A DNA stretch of 57,054 nt, from contig WELA01000937.1 of NCBI GenBank assembly GCA_009602735.1, positions 8,155-65,208 on the forward strand. Direction: 5' to 3'. Of this stretch, positions 10,899 to 20,590 are shown piece after piece. Source of the stretch: Mesotaenium endlicherianum. Its lineage: Eukaryota. Every line of letters starts with the position of its first letter. Position 1 is the first letter of the stretch. The notes under the pieces were generated by a model that saw nothing but the letters and a program-made list of their open reading frames with translations, was not told the origin of the DNA and made no database searches. The position numbers were made by a program, and so were the translations under genes.

Positions 10899-12575
10899 TT
10901 AAGGGGTTGTTCCTGGGGCTTCAGGATCAGGAGACGGAGATCTGGACCTAGATCTGGACAGCCCTCTAGGTCTGTCAGCTGGCCTTCTAAAGAACCCTGT
11001 TTGCTCTAAAGTTGGCCCTCGGGGAGAACGGAGGATGGTGGCCTGCTCTTCAACCACTTGGGTGTTGATTCCCACATAGACAGGCATTCCAGTAGGATGC
11101 TGAAATACATTGGCTAGAGGTACATGCCCCTGAGCGGAGGGGGAGGCTGGCATACCTCTGGCCCACCCGCGTGTCCCTCTTCTGGCACCCCTGTCCTCTG
11201 GGGATTTCTGTCTGTGTCTGCTGCCCAGTACCGTCAGATCAGCTTCCTCCCCTGCTTGGGCAGGTGGGCTGGGTGAGCGAGCGCGGGGTCCAGTTGTCGC
11301 CATAACGGGGATCACATTCCACACACCTGATCGTGGTTCTTTAGGAAGTGCCACTGCCTGTCCCTGGGTATCCTGAGTACCCGCTGCTGATGCTTCTCCT
11401 CTGCCTTGTTCTCCTTCCTCATCCTCCTCATCCTCCTCTTCGGAGAGAGTAGGGGTCTCGTCCACTAAGTCGTCCTGCTCCCTAGTAGACATGGAGTAGT
11501 CTACCGACCTCCCTTTCTTAGGGCGCGTTGGAGGGTGCTTGGCCTTCAGCCTACTGATATCTATCCGGCCTGCATTCTTTGCCCATTTGACAAAGGCATG
11601 CTTTCCCTTAGAGAAGTACTCTCTTCCCCTCCTCCTATGTTCCTTGGTCTCTGCATTCATATTGCTCAGGCATCCATTCAGCCTGGGGTCCCAAGGGGCA
11701 ATGTGAGGTGGTAGGATGAGATAGCCGTCTAGGCCATAGTGGAAGTCATCCGGTTGGGCTCGGTCACACTCCTGCTTCTTATTTGTGACGGTCATCCACC
11801 TCCAGTCTGTTGGCTGCTGGTAGTACTGGGGTCCGTGCTCAGCCTTCCTCAGTTTACACGGGAACCAGTGGGGAGAGAACATCTGCTGTCCTGCTTCCCT
11901 GGCCAAGTACTCCCAGCTCCTTCTCTCAACTTCATTGTAAGCTGGCAGGAGTGTGAGGTAGAATACCGTATCCTTAAAGCTATCGGGCCGCATGCTCACC
12001 ATCCGGATGAGTCTCTGATCTCCCACTATTCCCGGTATGGGGACCGGCTTGTCCTCTGAATCATCTGCGAGATACCGGGCCTGCTCTGCTGTATAGCCCA
12101 CCATCTTAGCATAATCTTCGTAAAGGACCACGCCGGTGTGTGTCTCGATGTACCTGTCCAGTGCTGTAGCTCCTTCCTTCTGTAGCAGTGTTGTCTGTTC
12201 CAGCCTGTTGATCTCCTGGGCTGCCAGCAATGCTTCCTTCAGGTTATCGAAGTTTTGGCCACCCACCACAGTATACCTGTAAGTGGCCAAGCTCTTCTGT
12301 CTGTCCGCTTCAATCTTTTTTCTTTTCTCCTCTTCTGCCGCTGCCGCTTCTTCTTGCTGTTTCTTCTGTCTCTCCTCCTCAGCCTTCCTGAGGTTTTCCG
12401 CTTCCTGATCCTTCTTCCTCTGTGCCTCTTCTGCCGCCTCTTGTTGTTTGCGGACCCTTTCTTGTTCTCTCCTGGTGAGGGACGTCGCCGCCAGCTCCTT
12501 CTGGTATTGCTCCATTGTCCTCCTGGCTTCTTCTGCCTTGCGCTTTCTGTCCTCCTTTTGTGTGGTGGGCGCCAT
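10899..12575 (-). CDS. Retrotransposon accessory protein of unknown function (~558 aa; charged coiled-coil-like region, conserved aromatic-rich core, acidic tract, RS/P-rich tail)
   Basis: Uninterrupted ORF between the pol stop and the PPT; ATG at 12575 lies one base after a TGCAG acceptor; homologous segments at 332-790, 1664-2540, 25363-25802 plus 29151-29767, and 31982-33480. Confidence 0.88.
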   Translation of the reverse strand: MAPTTQKEDRKRKAEEARRTMEQYQKELAATSLTRREQERVRKQQEAAEEAQRKKDQEAENLRKAEEERQKKQQEEAAAAEEEKRKKIEADRQKSLATYRYTVVGGQNFDNLKEALLAAQEINRLEQTTLLQKEGATALDRYIETHTGVVLYEDYAKMVGYTAEQARYLADDSEDKPVPIPGIVGDQRLIRMVSMRPDSFKDTVFYLTLLPAYNEVERRSWEYLAREAGQQMFSPHWFPCKLRKAEHGPQYYQQPTDWRWMTVTNKKQECDRAQPDDFHYGLDGYLILPPHIAPWDPRLNGCLSNMNAETKEHRRRGREYFSKGKHAFVKWAKNAGRIDISRLKAKHPPTRPKKGRSVDYSMSTREQDDLVDETPTLSEEEDEEDEEGEQGRGEASAAGTQDTQGQAVALPKEPRSGVWNVIPVMATTGPRARSPSPPAQAGEEADLTVLGSRHRQKSPEDRGARRGTRGWARGMPASPSAQGHVPLANVFQHPTGMPVYVGINTQVVEEQATILRSPRGPTLEQTGFFRRPADRPRGLSRSRSRSPSPDPEAPGTTP

Positions 12576-12576
12576 C

Positions 12577-12679
12577 CTGCACATGTAACCAGGGCACAAG
12601 TTAGTAGGATATGGACCTTTGTCATAGGGATTGCAGGAAGTATGTTAGTATTTAGTATAGTGGCTTCGCTGCTGTTTAC
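12577..12679 (-). other. Predicted 103-nt intron in the 5' leader of the accessory ORF
   Basis: AAG|GTAAAC donor, TACTAAC branch point (12600-12606) and TGCAG|G-ATG acceptor; equivalent signals at 2542-2648 and 25258-25361. Confidence 0.7.
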
Positions 12680-12842
12680 CTTACAGGATGATTGCTAAAA
12701 GTTGACGTAGTTGCGATGCGCTACACATAAACGTATGAGTGTGTTTTTATCGCTCTCGCTCACTAACTGTCATATATTTTCCCCTCCAACTTAAATGGAG
12801 ACAGGACCGCCTGTCACCTTCCCGTGTCAACTGAAATGACAG

Positions 12843-15800
12843 TTATGGAGGGACTCCAGCGGCCCGAAGGTGGAACCGTGTCAACGCCCCTTTGGCATTG
12901 GTCAAGTGGTCCTTAAACTCCCAAGTGTCCCCAGAGGCATCGTAACCCTTCCATCGAATGAGGTATTTCATGACATATTTAGACGATCGACGGACCGAGC
13001 GAGCGTCTAAAATCTCATCGACCTCATATTCCTCAGGGTCGCCGTCCCGGACAGCGGGGACCGGTCCCGGTTGGACAGGGAACCGACCTGTGAACAGTGT
13101 ATCACCTTTGATGTACGGTTCCAGGAAGGAGACATTAAAGACCGGGTGCCCCTTGTATTCAGCTGACATGTTCAGTTTGTAAGCATTCTGACCGACACGA
13201 CGGACCACCGAATATGGACCGACCCAGACAGGGCCAAGCTTTTTCTTGACCACACCAGGGAGGTACAGGTGCTGAGAATGCAGTTTGACTAAATCCCCCT
13301 TGGAAAATGTCAGTTCCCGACGGTGTTGATTAGCGTATTTTTGTTGGTTTTCTTGGGCCGTGTGCAAGTTTCGTTGGACTTCTGACAGGGTGTCAGCAAA
13401 CTCCTGAGTTAACTGGAGGGAGACCGGGTTGTCAATCCCTTCAGGGTGAGTTAAAGATTCCCCTAGCACATCTAGAGGAGACTTAGGGACTCTACCCAGG
13501 CTGAGTTCAAAAGGAGTTTTGCCCGTTGACGCGTGCACCGCACTGTTGACCGCAAACTGAATTTGAGGCAACAGGTCATCCCAATTATCTTGTTTTTGGT
13601 TAATATATGCTCTCAGCACCTCCTGCAGAACTCGGTTAGTTCTTTCAGTCTGCCCATCAGTCTGAGGGTGGTTTGCTGTGCTGAGCAGCTGTTTGACTCC
13701 CATTAACCCCATTAAAGCTCTCCAGAACTTAGAGGTGAATTTTGAGTCTCTGTCTGAGATGATATTAGAAGGGAGCCCATGTTGGCATACTACATGGTTG
13801 TAAAACTGTCTCGCTGTTTCGAGTGCAGTCACTTTGACAGTTGTGGGGATAAAAATGACCATTTTTGTCAGTTTATCCACGACTACCAGTATTGAATCAT
13901 GCCCGTTGGCAGTTCTTGGTAGTGAGACCACCCAGTCCATGGATATAGTTTCCCAGCGTCCCGCTGGGATGGGTAGCGGTTGCAAGAGACCTCCGGGTGG
14001 TGTGTGCCGAGACTTATTTCTCTGACACTGGTCACAGGACTTGACATATTTCAAGACCTCCCGGGGTAACCCCTCCCAATGATAATGTTTTGCCAGTTTG
14101 CCAACAGTTTTGGCCTGCCCCAAATGTCCACCCAGGAGACTGTCATGAGCTTGACTCAGTAAGAGAGACCTTATTTCCAAATTATTAGGAATGACCAGCT
14201 TCAGCCTGCCTGAAGTGGTTTCAGTCACCCAGACCCCTCCCTTGAGCTTATACCCGAGTGCGGTAGCACGACACATACCAGTAGTGGGGCTGGGCTCAAA
14301 TGTTGGGTCAGAAAGGTAGGCTTTCCTAAGTTGTTCAAGGAAGGACTTTTTCACCTTTAGTGAAGTGAGTGCACACAGGACTTTATCTACAGCATGCTGA
14401 CTAAAGTTCCTTTCTTGCAAGTCAGGTCTTCTAGAGAGTGCATCAGCAGGATTCAACTTCCCTGGTTTGTAGTCGATCTGGACTTGGAACTGCTCCAGCA
14501 TCTGGCTCCAGCGGTTCTCCCTCCTCGACAGCTTGGACTTCTTCTGAAAGTGGGTCAGAGCTAGATGATCTGTAATCACCTTAAAAGCTTTACCATGTAA
14601 GTATGCTCTCCACTGTTTGAGTACATGAATGATAGCTAGCAGCTCTTTATCATGCACTGAGTAATTAATCTCCGCTGGATTAAATTTCATAGACTCATAC
14701 AACACAGGATGCCACTCCTGCCGTACCTTACCATCCTTTGTGGTTTTGTCAGCAGGCTGCAACAAAATAGCACCCATGGCAAAATCAGAGGCATCAGTAA
14801 CCACCTGCACCGGTTTGCTGGGGTCATACACGGCTAGCACTGGGGCAGAACAAAGGGCATCTTTAAGGGTCTGGAAGGCAGCCTGCTGCTCTTCCCCCCA
14901 CACATACCCGATGTCTTTCTTAGTAAGGTCAGTCAGTTTACTGGCCTTTGTGGAATAATTCTCAATAAATCTCCTATAGTAGTTAGCCAACCTAAGGAAG
15001 GATCTAACTTCAGAGACAGACTGTGGTACTGGCCAGTCCCTTATGGTCTGGACTTTCTTAGGATCCACACTGATGCCCTCTTTACTGACAACGTGGCCTA
15101 AGAATTCATTACTTTCCTTAAAGAAATCACACTTGCTCATTTTAGCATACAAGTGATTTTTCCGCAGAGTGTCCAGGACAGTCGTTACGTGTTCAGTGTG
15201 CTGAGCTTCATCTTAAGAGCAAATTAAAATATCATCCAGGAAAACTTGCACAAACTTATCCAAATAAGGTCTGAAAATGTCATTCATAGCACCCATAAAG
15301 GTAGCAGGAGCATTAGTCAGTCCAAATGGCATCACGTTGAACTCATAGTGTCTATAACGTGTGCGGAAAGCAGTCTTGTGTTCATCCCCCTCAGCAATTC
15401 TGATTTGATGATAACCACTCTTGAGATCTATCTTACTGAACACCTTAGCGCCAGACAGGGTATCAAGCAAGTCCTCGATTCTGGGTAAAGCATACTTGTT
15501 CTTTACTGTAATTCTGTTCAGGGCTCTGTAATCCACACACATCCGCATACTGCCATCCTTTTTCTTAACAAATAGGATAGGTGCGCCGTACGGTGATTTA
15601 CTGGGAGAAATGTAACCATTTTCCTCCAACTCTGCAATCTGTGTTTTCAACTCCTCACTCTCCAAATAAGACAAGCCAAACGTGCGTTGCCAGGGTGCGT
15701 GGCTACCAGGTAATCAATCCTATGATCTACTTCCCGCTTAGGGGGTAGTCCTGGAGGCATATTAAACACATCCGTGTATTGAGCAACAATGTTTCAGCAG

Positions 15801-16647
15801 TAGGGTGTTCCGGAGGGTGTACCTTTATCTCAACCACTTCTTCAGGTTGAGGAGGTACCTCTCTTAGCAGCAGACAGAACATTCTGTCTTCCTTCTGGTT
15901 CCAGCTTTTGACGAACTCCATTGCATTCAGCAACTTGCATCCTTCTGGAAGCCTCTTCTTTTCCTTCATTTGCCATCCACACAGGACAAGAGGAAGAGCA
16001 CTGGTGGGTGCCAAGTCAGTCTGCCCATCACTGGCTCCTCTCACTTTAACTGTACCTCTGCTCCAACACTCTTCATCTTGATGTCTATTAAGCCAGGACC
16101 TCCCTAGCACGACATCATAAAAACCAGTGTTGAGTACCTCAAATGTAAGCGTTTCAGTTAGAACTGCAATGCAAGAACCTAACTGGACCTCAATAGGCTT
16201 GGTTATAACTCCTCCCGGGATACTTGAGGCATCTCCAAGGAATATTTTTCTATTCCCTTGGGTGACAGTAGGCAGCCTTAGCCGCTTAACTAAGTCCTTG
16301 TGAATAAAAGTATGTGACGCCCCTCCGTCAACAAATGCCCTCACCTTCCTACCTGCAATCATGCAATGCAGTAGGATAGGGGGGACTGTCTTTTCCTGAC
16401 TTTCGCATTGTTCTCCTGACGTAGCAAAGAAATGTTGGACATCAGGTGGAACAAGAGCATCCAGAGTGTGCACTCTCTGGACGTCTATATTGCTGATGGT
16501 CTCCTTTATCTGGTTGTCAGGCATGCATAGTGAATCCAGTTCAGCAGGACCCATAATACCTGCTACGAGGGCAGCTAGTGACGACTCACTATCTCTAGCA
16601 TCCTCACAGTCAGTAGACTGGATTACTGACTGTTGCTGTCTTTTAAA
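12843..16647 (-). pseudogene. pol polyprotein (protease, RT, RNase H, integrase, chromodomain) with frameshift lesions near 15710-15790 and an in-frame stop at 15213
   Basis: FVDGGAS (PR); [36 protein letters not shown] (RT); TDASD, ELLAI, TDH (RH); HDSLLGGH...CDQC, SMDWV, SDRD, QTER (INT); GPY; YEVDEIL...YLIRWKGY...TWE (chromodomain). Confidence 0.95.
16606..16647 (-). promoter_or_regulatory. Predicted -1 ribosomal frameshift signal between gag and pol
   Basis: T TTA AAA is in gag phase, followed by a 7-nt spacer and a perfect 10-bp stem ACAGTCAGTA/TACTGACTGT; the -1 frame is open into the protease ORF. Confidence 0.82.
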
Positions 16648-18101
16648 GGCTGGTCTTTTCTCTCGACCTTAGGCAGGTGCTTGACCGGACACTGTTCTCT
16701 GTAGTGGCCTTTCTGCTGACAATGGTAGCAAGTAGATTTTGCTGAGGCTGGTCTCGGCTTAGTCCTACCACCACCCCTTCCATAGCCACCTCGAGAGGGA
16801 CCACCTCTACCTCTAGACTGAATAGCATTGTACTCATACTCATATTCATCACCCTGATTATCCTCAGCCTGGTCTCCTTCAACTGCATTGTAGGAACCGT
16901 GGGGCTTTTTGACAATCTTAGACACCAAAGCGTTACTCTGGCGCTTGTGATTGAACTGCTGCTGATCCCAGGCGTCAGCATCCTGGATCAAGTCAGCCAG
17001 TTTCTCATACTTTTTCTCAGCAAAATGACCAGAGACCTCGGATTTCAAGCCATACCTGAAGTATGCTATCCTATACCGTTCTGGCAAATCAGGCTGCTTC
17101 ATCATGTTCTCTTGGAACTTTTGAGCAAACTCAGCAACTGAAGTGGTCTGCTTCAGTGTCAGGGAGATCATCGCATAGATAGCTTTCTCCTGCTGGTTGA
17201 TGACATCAAACTTCTCATGCAACTTCTCGACAAACTCTACCCACGTAGGGTCACCGAGTTGCCGAGCCTTACGCTCTTCCTTCCAGTAAAGCCACCAGTC
17301 TGCGGCACTGCCTTTCAGTAGCGCACCGGTGTGCCTGACCTTCTCGTAATCTTGCAGTTCTGGGTAGTTCTCCAGCCACTGCTCAACATCCGCGAGAAAC
17401 TTGATCAGGTAATATTTTCTGTTTCCCTCAGGATCATAGTCCTGGGGAGGTTTCGGCTTGGGCTTACTAGGCCCTCGGCCACCACCACTAGTGGTGTGAG
17501 ACCCCAGTTGGTCTCTGTCCCGGAGTAGGGACATTATGATTCTTTTGTCCTCCTGCTGGGACTGATACATGGTCGCCATTTGCGACTGCATCTGAACGAA
17601 CAATGCTCCCAAGTCTACATTTTGGGGTGGTAGATTAGCAAATGCAGCAGCAGCATTGGCATCTACTCGCTGAGTAGTGTCCTCAACAATCCCTCTTGCT
17701 CCTGCAGCAGCAATTCCTGCCGCATTCAGCCGGTCACGTATTTGACCTAGGGGTACATTGAGTTGTACGGCAGGAGGTGGGTTCAGAACATTGGCCCTTG
17801 ATGCCATAAGTTCTTCAACAGTGCGCTCGTCAGCTGGCTGTCCTTCCCTCCTTTGTATATCTTCAGCGGCCTTTGCTACTTGTTCAGCTTCTAGTCTGGC
17901 TATCTCCTCCTCAGCTTGCTGAGCTGCGACTGAGGCAATAGCAGCTGCCTCATCTGCAGCCTCCCTAGCTGCAGTATCCGCTACTGCTTCCGAATAGGTA
18001 CGGTTTCCCGCTATATGGCTTTCCGCCTGGTTTTCGACATTCTCGTTATCCTGGTTCTCCATGTCTCGGGAGTTGCTAGTTTGAGACCTTGTCCTTACCA
18101 T
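16623..18101 (-). CDS. Gag polyprotein (492 aa)
   Basis: ATG 20 nt after the PBS; LKGSAADWW...TWVEF...LKQTTSVAEF gag core; RGG-rich tract; CYHCQQKGHYREQC zinc knuckle. Confidence 0.95.
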   Translation of the reverse strand: MVRTRSQTSNSRDMENQDNENVENQAESHIAGNRTYSEAVADTAAREAADEAAAIASVAAQQAEEEIARLEAEQVAKAAEDIQRREGQPADERTVEELMASRANVLNPPPAVQLNVPLGQIRDRLNAAGIAAAGARGIVEDTTQRVDANAAAAFANLPPQNVDLGALFVQMQSQMATMYQSQQEDKRIIMSLLRDRDQLGSHTTSGGGRGPSKPKPKPPQDYDPEGNRKYYLIKFLADVEQWLENYPELQDYEKVRHTGALLKGSAADWWLYWKEERKARQLGDPTWVEFVEKLHEKFDVINQQEKAIYAMISLTLKQTTSVAEFAQKFQENMMKQPDLPERYRIAYFRYGLKSEVSGHFAEKKYEKLADLIQDADAWDQQQFNHKRQSNALVSKIVKKPHGSYNAVEGDQAEDNQGDEYEYEYNAIQSRGRGGPSRGGYGRGGGRTKPRPASAKSTCYHCQQKGHYREQCPVKHLPKVERKDQPLKDSNSQ

Positions 18102-18122
18102 ACAAAGAAGACTGTGATAACT

Positions 18123-18134
18123 GCTCCGATACCA
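18123..18134 (-). promoter_or_regulatory. Primer binding site for initiator tRNA-Met (TGGTATCGGAGC)
   Basis: 1 nt inside the 5' LTR boundary; one mismatch to the plant iMet PBS TGGTATCAGAGC. Confidence 0.9.
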
Positions 18135-18135
18135 C

Positions 18136-18854
18136 TGAAATGAATCGACTTACCAAAGAGGCGATTAACAATTAATAAAGATCTTTATATCAGCAAGTAA
18201 TCTTTATGGTACTTTCCGTTAACTGTTTAACGGCAAAGGACAATACACTAGCAGGGAATAATACTCGTAAGTCAAATGCGAGTAAACTAGCATCAATGAT
18301 GCAAATCAGTAAACTCATACATAAGCAAGGTTAGAAGACAGTGCGTATCAATGGCTTCTCGCCTTGGATTCAGATCTCTCTCAGTAAGCTGTACAAGAGA
18401 GTTGGCCTCGTTTCCGAATGCCGAACTCGAGAGCAATGCCTAGCATATGTACATGGAATGAGTTTACTGTTCAACGGTCAGTGCGATGGCACCGCCTACC
18501 CGGGAGTTAACCACGTTGGTAGGACCTCGGTTAACCAAATCCACCGCCATCTCCCATCATCCCGAATAGCCATCCATCATGGGGATGTCCTCTGGCCATT
18601 CATCTAGCAGGTCGTACTTAGATGCATATCAAGGCAGTTCGCTGCTACCGAGCACGGAAGTCAGCTGGCTGTCAAAGAATTTGTCAGCAAGCTGACTTAA
18701 GTTGACTTCAGCCTGCTGCTTTCGGCCGAGTCATTAAACTGATAATTATGTAAAGTCCAGCAGACTGATTATTAACTAAAGTTCATCAGGTTGAACTTAA
18801 TTAACTATTAGATTTAAATGAATATTATATCCACTAATATACTGATTCATTACA
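18136..18854 (-). repeat. 5' LTR (719 bp)
   Basis: Direct repeat of 10066-10785; adjacent PBS. Confidence 0.96.
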
Positions 18855-19128
18855 ATGAATCAGCAACATTGTTGCGTCCAAGGCGATATGCCCATCAAAA
18901 GTGAAACTTTTGCAAGAACTCAGACTAGTGCGTTTGCCGTCTTGATAATGTCGGTTGCAATTAGAAGAAAATGTTTGGACAGTGATTTGTAAGCAATGTG
19001 AGACCTTTGCAATCTTGCAAATAGCATCGCTAGACCTTTAAAGCATATACAATTGCCCAGAGCTCCAGCTTTTGTGGTTGAGTAGTTTTGTTCGGCAACT
19101 GTCAGCTTTCAACTCTGAAAATTGATAG
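18855..19128 (-). pseudogene. Old Ty3/gypsy RNase H remnant; right half of the target of the complete element
   Basis: KLTVAEQNYSTT...LELWAIVYALK...LSRRQ...EFLQKF...GRNNVAD with several stops; joins 10065 across the target duplication. Confidence 0.8.
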
Positions 19129-20590
19129 TGTAACGTTCTTGTCTATCTCAAGAATCTTTGCTCGGCATTTAAGTAAAAATGATAAATCAATAGGAGAAAA
19201 TAACGACAACTATTAAAAATAATAATACTTGGGAAATATTGGTGAGAGAAATTCGAGGTAGAGATTGCGTGCTGTGAGAGTTGCACTCACAATGACTCTT
19301 GCAAGTATTTATAGTTGCACAACATGAGGCACTGGAGTGCTTTGAGTCACCTGCTAGAGCACTGGTTCATGTACAACAAAAACGGGAAAACGGGCGTTTC
19401 TTGTTCGGTCGAATATTTGAAACGGGGCGCTTGGCGTTTGGAGGTTAAGCTACGGTTTCCGAAAAACCATTTCACGCCACTCGGGCATTTTCGCAATCTC
19501 GCGTATTTTGAAAAGTCGCGACCGTTTGCGCGGTCGCGTACAAATTCATCCGACATGTACCATTGGTTACGGATAATCGTTTGGCCTATCGGTAAGGTGT
19601 GAACGAATTAATTGAAGAACGGGGGGTTCGAAACCCCAAGAATGCAAAGTTGACTATGCAATTTGTTTTCGTTTGATTTACGACTGTTGTGGAATCATGT
19701 TGACCCGAACCCAAGGTTTCCGGTCCGATCTCGGCCGGCGGCACACTTGGGCTGCCTTTGTTTGGTTTTCTTTCGAGTTAACGACTGTCGTTAACTCAAA
19801 ACCTTGACAGTCATTGTGTAAAACAATGATAGTCAAATACATGTAACTAATCGTTGATTAATTTACTCATTTTTTTATAATCAATTAAATTAACATTATG
19901 ATTGATGAAATCAATACTTTTGCAAAGAAATTGCAGTAACTTTTACGATTAAATGCATTTCAAAATTTCGGTTGTGTGCCATTTGACCGAAATTAGTCGA
20001 CACGCGTGTGTGTTAACAGTGCAATAAAAATGCAATCGTTTACGAATAAAAAGTATAACAATTTAAGAGTAATTAAGAAAATAATCTAAAGGCGCCTAGA
20101 AAGCTCGAATCGTTACACTCCTCCCCTCTTAAAAGACTTTAACGTACTCATTAAGTTGCAATTAAGTATGTTTAAAACCGGCCTTGACGAGCGTCAGACC
20201 TAAACTTGGCGAACATGGGATTGCATGAGAACAGGGACAAAAAAAGCCGTCATTCGGCCGAGGTCTCTTTGCATTTGTTCAACTTTGGATGACGAGGTGC
20301 GTTAGGTAGGACACCACCCGCCTTGGCGCAACGCCGTTGAGCATCGGTCCATGGTAACCAATACTGTTGGATAAGATCACTACAATTGAGTGTGATCTCA
20401 TCTTGGGGTTCATACGCATTCCAGCATCGTTATCCAGCCATTTAATCAAAAGCTCCACCCTGGAAGGCTTATGTTGGGTGTAGCGATGTCCAAGAATCTC
20501 TTTCACATTCCAAGCAACATCATCTTGTTCGAGTTCCAACTCGGGTGCCTGAGGTTGATAACGACCATCAAACCTAAACAAATTGAGTAA
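19129..20590 (-). mobile_element. 3' end of a different chromovirus: chromodomain remnant, PPT (20118-20130) and 989-bp LTR (19129-20117)
   Basis: LTR termini TGTAACG...CGTTACA; PPT AAGAGGGGAGGAG; WNVKEILGHRY...LLIKWL chromodomain-like peptide in ORF 20279-20620. Confidence 0.82.

Larger units (their letters stand above)
10066..18854 (-). mobile_element. Structurally complete Ty3/gypsy chromovirus (8.8 kb): LTR-PBS-gag-(-1)pol[PR-RT-RH-INT-chromo]-accessory ORF-PPT-LTR
   Basis: Direct LTRs 10066-10785 and 18136-18854 with TG...CA ends; target duplication ATGGA/ATGAA (one mismatch); PBS, PPT and all pol domains in gypsy order. Confidence 0.97.

Noticed and set aside
10899..12599. Accessory ORF as a retroviral-type env gene
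   Set aside because: Its position is env-like, but there is no signal peptide, transmembrane helix or fusion-protein pattern; the protein is highly charged.
19575..19645. Intact tRNA gene
   Set aside because: A/B-box-like motifs are present, but no acceptor stem or anticodon arm can be formed.
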